In this document: in pieces, positions 28,389 to 38,377 of the stretch
Position numbering within the stretch: the first letter of the stretch is position 1
How the letters are laid out: each line of letters opens with the position of its first letter
The notes under the pieces: generated by a model
Seen by the model: the letters and a program-made list of their open reading frames with translations, nothing else
Databases searched by the model: none
Told to the model about the DNA's origin: nothing
Translations under genes and position numbers: made by a program
Origin: Hellea sp.
GTDB taxonomy: Bacteria > Pseudomonadota > Alphaproteobacteria > Caulobacterales > Maricaulaceae
Length of the DNA stretch: 64,000 bases
NCBI GenBank assembly: GCA_023300105.1
Contig: JALZWM010000063.1
Span: 6,101 to 70,100, forward strand
Reading direction: 5' to 3'

Positions 28389-28466
28389 CTATTACAGGTG
28401 TGGTAGAATTCAAGAATTGGGCGAAAACATGGCAAGTAAGGCAATTAAGTTTACTATCTAAATAGT

Positions 28467-29099
28467 CTACAGCGCTTGAGGGGCCCATTGGGGATGTTTC
28501 TTCATGATTGTCTTAAAGAGGTTTGATTCTATATGTCGTGATAACCACGCCTGCAAATTAGGGTAGGGCGCTAGTCCCCACCAATCTAAATCCGTGTTGG
28601 CGAATTGACGGATGAAGGGGAAAATCGCGATGTCTGCGTATGTCTGTGCACCGCCCATAAGGTAACTATTCACCTCTAACCGTGTTTCCAAAGCTTTTAG
28701 GTGTTCTTCAGCAGCTAGGCGGTGTGACAGATCAACATCACCTCTCGCGGCGTCATCACTGTAACGACTCGCATATTTATAACGGTCAAGATTATGCTTA
28801 AAGGGTCCGTCATTGGCAGCTATCAAAGTATCGGCATCGTCAGTATCACAATCCATCCAATGATGAGGGTCGTTTTGAGCCAGCGCGAAGCGTAAAAGGT
28901 CTAGGCTTTCTTCAATAATATCGCCGTTCTCTCGAATATATACGGGCACAGTGCCTTTGGGGGAAATTGCAAGCATATGAGCGGGTTTCTCTCTTAGGAG
29001 AACTTCACGGTGCTCATAATCTAACGCGCTTACATGAAGGCCCATGCGGCCCCGCATGGCGTAAGGGCATCTTCTGAATGAATAGAGTATCGCCGTCAT
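28467..29099 (-). CDS. Glutathione S-transferase family protein
   Basis: LYSFRRCPYAMR, SPKGTVPV, ESLD, ADIAIFPFIRQFA. Confidence 0.92.
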   Translation of the reverse strand: MTAILYSFRRCPYAMRGRMGLHVSALDYEHREVLLREKPAHMLAISPKGTVPVYIRENGDIIEESLDLLRFALAQNDPHHWMDCDTDDADTLIAANDGPFKHNLDRYKYASRYSDDAARGDVDLSHRLAAEEHLKALETRLEVNSYLMGGAQTYADIAIFPFIRQFANTDLDWWGLAPYPNLQAWLSRHIESNLFKTIMKKHPQWAPQAL

Positions 29100-29104
29100 C
29101 TAGC

Positions 29105-30022
29105 TTAAGACTTATTTTTACGGCCAAGGTGCGCCTCGCCGCGTAACTTGGCCAATTCTATTTGTTTCTGGCGCTGCGCAAAGCGTTGGCGCTGGTCTTC
29201 GCTCATCGTGTCATGGCACCGCGGGCAGGCGACGCCTTTGATATAGAGTGACGATAACTTTTCTTCGTCTGTAATCGGAAAACGGCAAGCATAGCATTGA
29301 TCATATTCGCCTTGTTCTAATCCGTGCTTCACGGCGACGCGTTGATCAAAGACAAAACAATCGCCATCCCAAAGGCTGTCCTCTTTGGGCTGTGTTTCAA
29401 GATATTTTAAGATGCCACCTTTGAGGTGGTAAACATCATCAAACCCATTTTGCTTCATGAAACTACTTGCTTTTTCACAACGAATACCGCCGGTGCAAAA
29501 CATAGCGACTTTTGGCTTTTTAAGTTTATCTCTATTGTCTTCAACCCATTTGGGGAACTCACGAAAGGTTTGCGTATCTGGATTTAACGCGCCTTTAAAC
29601 GTGCCGATCTCAACTTCGTAATCATTACGCGTATCAATTAAAACAACATCTGGATCAGATATAAGCGCGTTCCAGTTATCGGGGGAAACGTAAGTTCCGA
29701 CAACATTATTGGGATCAATACCTTCCACACCCATCGTCACGATCTCGCGTTTAAGACGTGTCTTCATCCGGTAAAAAGGCATCTCTTGTGCACGTGATTC
29801 TTTATGCTCTAATGCAGCGAGTCTAGCGTCAGCTTTTAGAAAATTAAGCAGGTCACTTATGGCACCATCCGTACCTGCTATAGTTCCGTTGATACCTTCA
29901 TAGGCGAGGAGCAGGGTACCTTTCACGCCTAATAATTCGCACATAGCTTGGAGCGGAGCTTTAAGCTCTTCATAATCCGTCAGTCGGGTGAAATGGTAAA
30001 GGGCGGCGACGCAATAAGTCAT
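29105..30022 (-). CDS. trhO: Rhodanese-domain protein (TrhO/UPF0176, tRNA uridine hydroxylase family)
   Basis: [45 protein letters not shown]-terminal Cys motifs. Confidence 0.9.
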   Translation of the reverse strand: MTYCVAALYHFTRLTDYEELKAPLQAMCELLGVKGTLLLAYEGINGTIAGTDGAISDLLNFLKADARLAALEHKESRAQEMPFYRMKTRLKREIVTMGVEGIDPNNVVGTYVSPDNWNALISDPDVVLIDTRNDYEVEIGTFKGALNPDTQTFREFPKWVEDNRDKLKKPKVAMFCTGGIRCEKASSFMKQNGFDDVYHLKGGILKYLETQPKEDSLWDGDCFVFDQRVAVKHGLEQGEYDQCYACRFPITDEEKLSSLYIKGVACPRCHDTMSEDQRQRFAQRQKQIELAKLRGEAHLGRKNKS

Positions 30023-30046
30023 ATTGCGTCCTTTAAGTCCGCCTCG

Positions 30047-30520
30047 CTATTTGGTCAACAATTGAGCCGTTTTTAATGTTTGCGGATTTGGGGCAATTAA
30101 TTGCTGATAGGGCGCAAAGCCTTCGATAAAATTAATCATGTTTTCCGGTAAGTTTTGTTTACGCAGAAATCCGCTCATAGCGTTAGAAATTATTTTGGGA
30201 TCATTACACGTCGCAGCCATTGTTCTGAGGTCTTTCATGCCGCGTCCAGTTTTAAGTTCCCTCTCAAGGCCCTTAAATGAATTTTGAAGCGCTAATAGTT
30301 GAAATAGACCAGGCTTTTTACCTTGCGACCAACTCTCTGCAGCCTTGGTTAAGTTTTTAATCGAACTTCCTGCTTTCGACTGAATACTGTCTAGAGCCCT
30401 GTCTGAACGTTTTCCAATCCATTCCGAAGTACAAATTTTCTCTGGATCAGGGGTGGAGGCGCATGATGAAACCGAAACGGCAGTGACTATGGCGAGAGTA
30501 GTAAGGATAAGATTTTTCAT
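30047..30520 (-). CDS. Hypothetical lipoprotein
   Basis: Lipobox VSSC after a hydrophobic leader; no family recognised. Confidence 0.7.
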   Translation of the reverse strand: MKNLILTTLAIVTAVSVSSCASTPDPEKICTSEWIGKRSDRALDSIQSKAGSSIKNLTKAAESWSQGKKPGLFQLLALQNSFKGLERELKTGRGMKDLRTMAATCNDPKIISNAMSGFLRKQNLPENMINFIEGFAPYQQLIAPNPQTLKTAQLLTK

Positions 30521-30609
30521 GAGTCTGCTATAACTGAGGGACAGTGTGGGTACAAATTAAAATGGCATCTTGGAAGATAGCTTTTTATGAATTCACTTTT
30601 TCGTATATT

Positions 30610-30631
30610 TATATGCAAACAGTTGCATATA
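30610..30631. promoter_or_regulatory. Palindromic operator upstream of acyl-CoA dehydrogenase
   Basis: TATATGCAA-ACAG-TTGCATATA, perfect 9-bp arms. Confidence 0.65.
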
Positions 30632-30687
30632 GTTTGCCAAGGCGGCATATTTCAGAAAAACAATAAATGTCATAATAATAAATGCTT

Positions 30688-30721
30688 TGGGTGAGATATG
30701 AAAATGGGTGAGATATGAAAA
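30688..30721. repeat. 17-bp exact tandem duplication spanning RBS and start codon
   Basis: TGGGTGAGATATGAAAA x2; the second copy supplies the ATG at 30715. Confidence 0.9.
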
Positions 30722-31857
30722 ACCCTTTCGACAATCAAGAACGCGTTGCGTTTAGAAAAACTATTCGAAGTTTTGTCGAAAAAGATATTCGCCCTTATGC
30801 CTTTGAATGGGATGAGACGGGGGACGTGCCATGGGAATTACATGAAAAGCTCGGCGCGCTTGGCTTTTTCGGCTTTGGTATAGATGAAGAATATGGGGGA
30901 CTTGGTTTTGATGATCCGTTCATGCGCGCAATCGCCTCTGAAGAAATAGCTAAATGCGGGTTTGGCGGAGTCGGCGCGGCAATAGGTGGACGCGGAATTT
31001 CGCTTGATCCCATTCAGCGTTTGGCGGCACCTGAAATTCGTGACCGCGTACTCAAAGACATTGTGCTTGGTAAAAAAGGCTCTAGCCTTGGTATTACAGA
31101 ACCTAGCGGGGGATCTGATGTGGCGAGCCTAAAAACTACGGCTAAGCGTGACGGCAACCATTTTGTGCTTAATGGGTCCAAAACTTTCATCACAGGTGGG
31201 ATGAAGTCCGATTATTTTGTTATTGGTGCGCGGACAGGTGGTCCTGGTTTGACAGGAATCTCACTCTTTTTTGTAGAGAAAGACACGCCTGGATTTTCAC
31301 GTACGCCACTGTCTAAGAAAATGGGCTGGTGGGCTTCTGATCAAGCCACACTATATTTCGAGGACTGCCGTGTACCGGCAACTAATTTGATGGGGCAGGA
31401 AGATTACGGTTTCCTTGCGATTATGAATAATTTCAACAATGAACGCTTATCCTTAATAGCGGGGTGCCTTGGTATGATGAAGGCGGCTTTTGAAGATGCT
31501 GTCGAATGGGCAAAACAGAGAGAAACTTTTGGCAAGCCTTTGATTAAGCATCAAGTTATCCGTCATAAGATTGCGGATATGTCTGCCAAAATTGATGCCG
31601 TTGAAAGCTATATGCACATGATTTGCTGGAGTATGGAACAAGGCCAAACCCCTGTGGCGGAACTCTCCAAGGCAAAGTTTTTTTCGACGAAGGCTTTAGA
31701 GTTTGTTGCTTCCGAAGCCATGCAAATTCTTGGCGGCGCGGGTTACCTGCGCGGGAACCGTGTTGAATGTATCTACCGCGAGGTTAAGGTCATGGCGATT
31801 GGCGGCGGATCTGAAGAAATAATGCGCGATCTTGCTGTTCGCCAAATGGGTTTATAG
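30715..31857 (+). CDS. Acyl-CoA dehydrogenase
   Basis: ITEPSGGSDVA, LNGSKTFIT, MG.W.SD.A.L.F, AMQILGGAGY, YRE...IGGGSEEIM. Confidence 0.95.
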   Translation: MKNPFDNQERVAFRKTIRSFVEKDIRPYAFEWDETGDVPWELHEKLGALGFFGFGIDEEYGGLGFDDPFMRAIASEEIAKCGFGGVGAAIGGRGISLDPIQRLAAPEIRDRVLKDIVLGKKGSSLGITEPSGGSDVASLKTTAKRDGNHFVLNGSKTFITGGMKSDYFVIGARTGGPGLTGISLFFVEKDTPGFSRTPLSKKMGWWASDQATLYFEDCRVPATNLMGQEDYGFLAIMNNFNNERLSLIAGCLGMMKAAFEDAVEWAKQRETFGKPLIKHQVIRHKIADMSAKIDAVESYMHMICWSMEQGQTPVAELSKAKFFSTKALEFVASEAMQILGGAGYLRGNRVECIYREVKVMAIGGGSEEIMRDLAVRQMGL

Positions 31858-31866
31858 GAGAATTTT

Positions 31867-33402
31867 ATGACTATTTTTGCACGTGATTGGATTGAATATC
31901 ACACAGTAACGACTCCCGATAAGCTCGCTATGATTGATCATCTGAGTGAACGTAAGTTTACATATGCGGATCTGAATGATCGTGCTGGCCGTGTTGCGGG
32001 TTTCTTAAAGTCAAAAGGAATTAAAAAAGGTGACCGGGTTGCGTTTCTGTGTTTGAACACAACGGATGTGATGGAGCTTATTTTTGGGTGTTGGCGTATA
32101 GGCGCTGTCTGTCTTGCGCTGAATTACAGGTTAACGCCGCCAGAACTGGCCTTTATTTTGAACGATTCGGAAGCGTCTATGGTTTTAGTGGATAAACCTT
32201 TCGCGCCCGTAGGTGAGGCGACCAAGGCACTTACGAAGGTTAAGCACTGGGTTGATACAGACGGTCTCGGAGGGGACAGCGGCTATGAGCGCGGATTAGC
32301 GGCGGCTAAGCCTATTTATACATTTGAACCTCAAAATATCGAAGATCAATGCCTCTTGATGTATTCATCTGGCACGACAGGCATGCCGAAGGGGGTCATT
32401 ATTACTCATGCCATGCTTGAATTTACAACAGCATCGACGGCCCGTTTGCCAGATAGTGGCCCCTCTCAAGTTTCACTTAATAATATGCCTTTGTTCCACA
32501 TAGGCGGCTTAAATGTTACCGCGTTGCCGTGTCTATCCGTGGGCGGCACGGCCATCATCATGCGCATGTTTGACCCAGACGCGACCTTAAAGGCTATAAA
32601 CAGCCCCGATCTTGGTATTAACCTGCTCTTTATGGTGCCAGCGGCTTATAACGCGATGAAAGCACATCCTGATGTCGATAACACTGACTTCTCCCGTATT
32701 GTGACGGCACTGTGCGGAGCTGAAACCGTTCCTGTATCTCTTGTTGAATGGTGGCTCGCAAAGGGTGTTGTTATCCAAGAAGGCTACGGCATGACGGAAA
32801 CTGCTGCTGGCGGGACAATGCTACGCAAGGAAGATATTCCAGATATGATTGGCTCTGCGGGTCGGGCTTTGATGCATACAACCGTAAGGATTGTTGACGA
32901 ATCAGGAGAGGTTTGCGCGCCAAATGTGCCTGGAGAGATACAATTCAAGGGCGCCGCTGTAACACCAGGCTATTGGCGAAACCCTGAAGCGAATGCCAAG
33001 TCATTTGTCGATGGATGGTTTAAATCGGGCGATATTGGCCGCATGGATGACAAAGGCTATGTCTATATTGAGGACCGAGTCAAAGATATGTATATTTCTG
33101 GCGGTGAGAATGTTTACCCCGCAGAAATCGAGAATATCCTCTATCAGATGCCCCAAATCGTTGAAGTCGCGGTTATTGGCGTTACCGATGAAAAGTTCGG
33201 TGAGACTGGCTGTGCTTGCGCCGTTGTGAAAGAGGGGGAGACCTTATCTTTGGAGGACATCTTAGCCCATGTTGATGGGAAATTGGCGTCTTTCAAGAAG
33301 CCCAAATTCCTTCATTGCATGACAGAATTGCCGCGCGGGGGAACAGGAAAAGTTCTTAAGTTTGAACTTCGAAAGGCAATTCCGCCGTTAATTGGCCTAT
33401 AG
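31867..33402 (+). CDS. Acyl-CoA synthetase / AMP-binding ligase
   Basis: YSSGTTGMPKG, GYGMTE, GWFKSGD, ISGGENVYPAEIE, GTGKVLK. Confidence 0.93.
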   Translation: MTIFARDWIEYHTVTTPDKLAMIDHLSERKFTYADLNDRAGRVAGFLKSKGIKKGDRVAFLCLNTTDVMELIFGCWRIGAVCLALNYRLTPPELAFILNDSEASMVLVDKPFAPVGEATKALTKVKHWVDTDGLGGDSGYERGLAAAKPIYTFEPQNIEDQCLLMYSSGTTGMPKGVIITHAMLEFTTASTARLPDSGPSQVSLNNMPLFHIGGLNVTALPCLSVGGTAIIMRMFDPDATLKAINSPDLGINLLFMVPAAYNAMKAHPDVDNTDFSRIVTALCGAETVPVSLVEWWLAKGVVIQEGYGMTETAAGGTMLRKEDIPDMIGSAGRALMHTTVRIVDESGEVCAPNVPGEIQFKGAAVTPGYWRNPEANAKSFVDGWFKSGDIGRMDDKGYVYIEDRVKDMYISGGENVYPAEIENILYQMPQIVEVAVIGVTDEKFGETGCACAVVKEGETLSLEDILAHVDGKLASFKKPKFLHCMTELPRGGTGKVLKFELRKAIPPLIGL

Positions 33403-33415
33403 GGGTTATCCAGTT

Positions 33416-33457
33416 TTGAGCTTTAAGTCTTGAGCTTTAAGTCTTGGGATTAAAGTT
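33416..33457. repeat. 14-bp tandem repeat (2 exact + 1 degenerate copies)
   Basis: TTGAGCTTTAAGTC x2 then TTGGGATTAAAGTT, between convergent genes. Confidence 0.85.
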
Positions 33458-33463
33458 TCTGAT

Positions 33464-34552
33464 TTAGTCCTCTGCGTTAAGGCCGTTTAACACATTGAGT
33501 AAGTGGGCCATGTCAGGCGGTAGGGGTAATTCAAACTGCATCAACTCTTTTGATGTGGGGTGAATAAATCCAAGGGTTGCGGCGTGCAGGGCTTGGCGTT
33601 TAAAGGTCTTTAAGGCCTCTGCAACGGCAAGCTCATTCGGGTTCTTGGACGTTAAGAATGCGCGTTGTTTGCCATATAGCGGGTCGCCCAAGAGAGGACA
33701 GCCGACATGGGCGAGATGCACACGAATTTGATGCGTACGGCCTGTCTCTAATCGGCATTCAATTCGGCTAACTTGCGGCATACCTACGGCTGCACCAATT
33801 TGTTGACCGAAGCCTTTGATATACTTGTAATTTGTAATCGCATGACGGCCCACTTCTGAGGCGTTAATATTATTAATCGTGCCTCTGACAACAGCTTGCT
33901 TTTTGCGGTCATTTGGGCTGCGAGCAATTCTAGAAATGATCTGACCTGTGCGAGGTTTTGGGCCACTTCTGGTCAAGCATATGTACCTGCGTTCCACCGT
34001 ATGCGCGGCGAATTGTTTGGATAGGAATTGATGTGCGTGGTCTGTTTTCGCGACCACCAGAAGGCCAGATGTGTCTTTGTCGATTCTATGAACAATTCCA
34101 GGGCGCATAACGCCGCCGATGCCTGATAGGCTTCCCGCGCAGTGATAGAGCAAGGCATTGACTAAAGTTGCTGACCTTGACCCCGGCGCGGGATGTACTG
34201 TCATGCCCGCGGGCTTGTTCACAACGATGAGGTCATCATCTTGATATATAATGTCGAGCGGGATATCTTCTGGTGTTGGCGTATCGTCCACGGGGGGGGG
34301 GACGAGAAGGGCATATTCAATGTCTTCCTTAATCTTTGCCGTAGGGGATGTAACAATATCTCCACCTACACGGACCTGTCCCGTCTCAATTAAAACTCTC
34401 AGGCGTGTCCGTGATAAGCCTGTCCAGCCTGCAAGCCATTTATCCAGCCGTGTACCCGCGTCCTCTGCAGTTGCCGTTTGGACATGCCAGTCGCCTTGTG
34501 TTTGCTCCTGCGTTTGTTCTTTTGTCGAGTCTGTTGTGAGTGTTGTATTCAT
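33464..34552 (-). CDS. rluD: RluA/RluD family 23S rRNA pseudouridine synthase
   Basis: S4 domain RLDKWLA, NKPAG..VHP, GIVHRIDKDTSG, LETGRTHQIRVH, RQALHA. Confidence 0.93.
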   Translation of the reverse strand: MNTTLTTDSTKEQTQEQTQGDWHVQTATAEDAGTRLDKWLAGWTGLSRTRLRVLIETGQVRVGGDIVTSPTAKIKEDIEYALLVPPPVDDTPTPEDIPLDIIYQDDDLIVVNKPAGMTVHPAPGSRSATLVNALLYHCAGSLSGIGGVMRPGIVHRIDKDTSGLLVVAKTDHAHQFLSKQFAAHTVERRYICLTRSGPKPRTGQIISRIARSPNDRKKQAVVRGTINNINASEVGRHAITNYKYIKGFGQQIGAAVGMPQVSRIECRLETGRTHQIRVHLAHVGCPLLGDPLYGKQRAFLTSKNPNELAVAEALKTFKRQALHAATLGFIHPTSKELMQFELPLPPDMAHLLNVLNGLNAED

Positions 34553-34681
34553 TTAGGGCGTCTAATGGCTAATGTTAAGAATGCCAAGTGATTAGCGTAT
34601 CTATCACTTCATCCATGGGAATGTGTGTGGCTGAAAGGTCACATATGACAAAAAAGACATGAAAGGCCTTTATCACCCTTG

Positions 34682-34698
34682 ATATGCAACTAATTGCA
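34682..34698. promoter_or_regulatory. Second copy of TGCAA-N4-TTGCA operator, upstream of TonB-dependent receptor
   Basis: ATATGCAA-CTAA-TTGCA; shares 13 specified bases with the site at 30610. Confidence 0.55.
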
Positions 34699-34772
34699 CT
34701 GTACCCGTAAAAAGTAATTATCACTCATTCAAGAGTGAATAGCGTTCATTAAAACAATCTTCAGGGGAAGAC

Positions 34773-37694
34773 ATGCTCAAAAAATCATTATTACTCGGCT
34801 CCACGCTCGTATTGTCAGCGGCTATAGCCACGCCTTCATTAGCTCAAGATGACGAGATCATCGTAACAGCGACTAAACGAGCTCAAACTCTACAAGAAGT
34901 TCCAATCGCTGTTTCCGTGACAAATGCACTTACGATAGAACAGGCGACGATTTTAGACATTAGTGACCTTCAAACTGTTGTTCCATCACTTCGGATTAAC
35001 CAACTTCAAAATGCGGGTGCTTCAAACTTCATTATCCGTGGATTTGGTAACGGCGCGAATAACGCCGGTATCGAGCCATCTGTTGGTGTTTTTATTGACG
35101 GTGTTTACCGCTCACGTTCTGGGTCTCAAATCGGCGACCTTCCTCTTACGGAACGGGTCGAAGTTCTTCGCGGACCGCAATCATCTCTTTTTGGTAAAAA
35201 TGCGTCAGTTGGTGTTATCAGTGTTGTCACGAAAAAACCTAGCTTCGAGCCTACAGGGTCTTTTGAAGCCACTTATGGTAATTTCAATCAAGCCCGCGTT
35301 AAAGGTTATTATAGCCAAGGTGTTGGCGATCAGTTCGCTTATGCGATTTCAGGCGGATATAATTCGCGTGATGGATTTACTGAAAACCTAAATGGCGGTG
35401 ACGATCTTAATGATCGTAACCGTTTTAACATCCGCGGTGACGCCATTTACCAAGTTAATGATACAACTGAATTCCGGTTTATCGGGGATTACAGTGAAAT
35501 TGATGAAGTATGCTGTGTCGCGAATTTAATTGACGCTATTGATGGAACTCCGCCAAGTGTGAATGGTGCTGTAGCAGGTAATGCGCTTAATGGTCAGGCT
35601 TTATTGGGCGCTCTTGGAAACCCTGCGGCCCTTGGACTTACACTCTCTAACCCGCTTGCCTTTAATGACCCTAATGACCCCTTTACTTTTGAAAGTGGTG
35701 TAAACACTGCGCCCGTGAATAAAATCCAAGATTTTGGGTTCTCAGGTCAGTTAGACACAGAAGTCAGTGGCATAGATGTTACAGCGATTGCGTCATATCG
35801 TGAAAATGATAATTTTGCGAATATTGATGCTGATTTCTCAAATATTGACTTTTTAGGGAGTTCAAGAACTCAAGCTGAAATTTCGACCTTTACAGGCGAA
35901 TTGCGTCTAAACTCAACGGCCTTTGATGATCGTGTGAATTGGACAGTCGGCGGTTTTTACTTCGATGAAGACGTTAAAACAAATGACGGTTTATTGCTTG
36001 GCGTTGATACACGTGCAACATTTGAGTTCCTTGGAGCTGCAGCAACCCCAGGCCCACTTGATATCCCTACAGCTCAAGCAACGCTTTTTGGTCTTGAAGC
36101 CGTCAATGGTTTTGCACCAGGAACATTCTTCTCTGCGGATACTTTTACTGATGAAGTAGGCGAGTTAACGAACGAATCTTATTCACTCTTTGCGAGTGCT
36201 GACTTTGATGTGACGGATAAGTTTACGATCACAGGCGGTATTGCTTATACAAATGATGAGAAAGATTTCTCGATTAATCAACAGAATGCAAATGTATTCT
36301 CTGCTCTTGATTTTACGGACTTATCAACAGTAGGTCCTATTTTGATTGGCGGCGGTATTGCTGCTACTCTTCCTGGAGCTATTGATGACCAATTAACGGC
36401 TGCGTTTCCAGCAACTTTTAATGGTCTACCTTTCACGCCGGATAATGTTGCGTTAGTTACATCAACCGCAGCAGGTGCAGCTGGGTTTGCTCAATTCCAA
36501 CAAGCGGTTATTGATGGTACGACAGATGCAGTTACACAGGGTGTTACGGCGGCTGTCGTTGGTTCAGATCTTACAAGCGCAGCGGCTAACCCACTGATTG
36601 GTTTGCAGGGCTTACAAGTTGTATCTCAAACCTTTGGGCTTCCAAATGCATTTGAAGATAATAGTACATCTGATGATGAGATTACCTTCACAGTTCGCGG
36701 AGCATATGATGTCACAGATAACATTAATCTTTATGCCAGTTACTCAACAGGTTTCAAAGCGTCTTCAGTGAACCTCAGCCGGGACTCAGCGCCGAACATC
36801 AATGACTTTGTTGATGAAAATGGCCGTCCTATCGCTGCGGCTTTCCAAGGGCTTCCTAACAATATTACGGCCCGAACAACGACGGGACAACTTATTGATA
36901 ATGAAACACAAGATGCTGATATCGCTGCTGATGCGACACTCGTTCCAGCCTTATTAAGGGGATTTGGTACGCGTTTCGCTGAGCCAGAAGAGACAACGAA
37001 TATTGAATTTGGTGTTAAGGCTCGTTTCGAGACTTGGGCAATCAATCTAACGGCGTTTGAACTTAGCGTTGAAGGCTTTCAGTCAAATGCCTTTAATGGC
37101 TCTGGCTTTAGTCTGCTAAATGCGGGTGAACAAACTACTCGCGGTGTTGAGTGGGACGTTACATGGTCACCTGTTGACGCTTTGGATTTGACATTCGGCG
37201 GGGCTTATCTTGATACTGAATATGATGAGTTTCTTGGCTCTACAGATTTATTTGGTGCGTCTGCTGATATTTCAGGTGAAGAGGTTGCCGGAGTTTCTCC
37301 TCTTAACTTAACTGGCTCTGCCACTTATACACATGGATTCCAGAATGGCTGGGAAGGGTTTATTCGCGGCGATGTTTCCTTCGAGAGTGACACAGATATT
37401 ATTGATGCTTTCAGCGGTATTGATACATCAACAGGTATTGTAAGTGCAGGCGGCGGAGAGGCTACGGTTAGCTCAGCAGCAAACTTTGCTAATCTTGACC
37501 GAGAGCAGCTTCTTATCAACGGCGGTATTGGTCTTGACTTTGATAATGGTTTTGCGCTTCAGGGCTTTGTTCGTAACTTAACTGATGAAGAGGCTCTTCA
37601 GAGTGCGTTCGGCGTACCTGGACTGGGTGGATTATTTGCGGGTTATCCAATTAACCCTCGTACATATGGTATCACTGGCCGTTACAGCTTCTAA
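34773..37694 (+). CDS. TonB-dependent receptor
   Basis: Signal peptide, TonB box region EIIVTATKR, plug IRG...VGVFIDGVY...VEVLRGPQ, C-terminal PRTYGITGRYSF. Confidence 0.95.
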   Translation: MLKKSLLLGSTLVLSAAIATPSLAQDDEIIVTATKRAQTLQEVPIAVSVTNALTIEQATILDISDLQTVVPSLRINQLQNAGASNFIIRGFGNGANNAGIEPSVGVFIDGVYRSRSGSQIGDLPLTERVEVLRGPQSSLFGKNASVGVISVVTKKPSFEPTGSFEATYGNFNQARVKGYYSQGVGDQFAYAISGGYNSRDGFTENLNGGDDLNDRNRFNIRGDAIYQVNDTTEFRFIGDYSEIDEVCCVANLIDAIDGTPPSVNGAVAGNALNGQALLGALGNPAALGLTLSNPLAFNDPNDPFTFESGVNTAPVNKIQDFGFSGQLDTEVSGIDVTAIASYRENDNFANIDADFSNIDFLGSSRTQAEISTFTGELRLNSTAFDDRVNWTVGGFYFDEDVKTNDGLLLGVDTRATFEFLGAAATPGPLDIPTAQATLFGLEAVNGFAPGTFFSADTFTDEVGELTNESYSLFASADFDVTDKFTITGGIAYTNDEKDFSINQQNANVFSALDFTDLSTVGPILIGGGIAATLPGAIDDQLTAAFPATFNGLPFTPDNVALVTSTAAGAAGFAQFQQAVIDGTTDAVTQGVTAAVVGSDLTSAAANPLIGLQGLQVVSQTFGLPNAFEDNSTSDDEITFTVRGAYDVTDNINLYASYSTGFKASSVNLSRDSAPNINDFVDENGRPIAAAFQGLPNNITARTTTGQLIDNETQDADIAADATLVPALLRGFGTRFAEPEETTNIEFGVKARFETWAINLTAFELSVEGFQSNAFNGSGFSLLNAGEQTTRGVEWDVTWSPVDALDLTFGGAYLDTEYDEFLGSTDLFGASADISGEEVAGVSPLNLTGSATYTHGFQNGWEGFIRGDVSFESDTDIIDAFSGIDTSTGIVSAGGGEATVSSAANFANLDREQLLINGGIGLDFDNGFALQGFVRNLTDEEALQSAFGVPGLGGLFAGYPINPRTYGITGRYSF

Positions 37695-37715
37695 ATTACT
37701 CTTAGAAATATAATT

Positions 37716-37749
37716 AAAAAAGCCGCCTTCTTTGAGGGCGGCTTTTTTT
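37716..37749. terminator. Bidirectional intrinsic terminator
   Basis: AAAAAAGCCGCC-TTCTTTGAG-GGCGGCTTTTTTT. Confidence 0.85.
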
Positions 37750-37799
37750 ATGATCAATATCTGACAGCGCTATGTGTCATGAGGGGATTGAGTTAGCGC

Positions 37800-37945
37800 G
37801 GTGTGAGTGAGGATTAAACCTCTTTGTCACACCGGCAAGTCAAAGACTTGCCCGGTGTCTATTTCTAGGACGTAAATCAATTGATAAATCGAGATATGGA
37901 TACCGGGCGTCTCTTACAGAGCCGCGTCGGTAAGACGAGTTTTTG
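37800..37945. other. Intergenic segment with overlapping inverted repeats
   Basis: GGTGTGA(37800)/TCACACC(37827); ACACCGGCAAGTC(37829)/GACTTGCCCGGTGT(37845); GCCCGGTGTC(37850)/GATACCGGGC(37899); ATCAATTGAT palindrome(37876). Confidence 0.45.
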
Positions 37946-38020
37946 TTCTAATTAAAGAAAGAATTGAGGGCTTCTATAGCGCGGTCAGTATTTTGAGAGA
38001 AAATTTCACTGTTTTCAAGA

Positions 38021-38377
38021 CTAGCCTACATTTGAAGGGCTATCCCCGAAAAGTACAGTAAAGGTTTTGTGGATATTACCTTCATATTCGATTTTTGTAG
38101 CATTTTCGATAGTGGAGCCCAATCCTTTATCAGTAAAGGTCATGCTCGCGCCACTCAGGATCTCTATGCAAAGTTTATCCGGTCCGTCCTTGTGATTGAT
38201 CCAAATTCTCATTTTTTTTGCTAGGTTCAGGAGCAATGGCTCTACTTGTTGGAATAAGCTTGTCCAAAAGGTCAAGGGTGTGAAGTTCGTATAAACCAAG
38301 ATTTCCCCCTTCAAAGGGTCGGAGATTTGAATGATGAATTTCACGAACTCTTCTGAAGGACTATTGATTGCTTTCAA
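38021..38377 (-). pseudogene. Orphan ORF, possibly the core of a decayed gene
   Basis: 118-aa TTG-start ORF. The frame stays open for 34 more codons upstream to a stop at 38480, with no ATG. A 1-nt shift near the stop would add a natural-looking tail (ASLENSEIFSQNTDRAIEALNSFFN). Confidence 0.35.

Noticed and set aside
33416-33457. Short tandem repeats here and elsewhere as a CRISPR array
   Set aside because: Units are 12-18 bp, directly adjacent with no spacers, differ between loci, and there are no cas genes.
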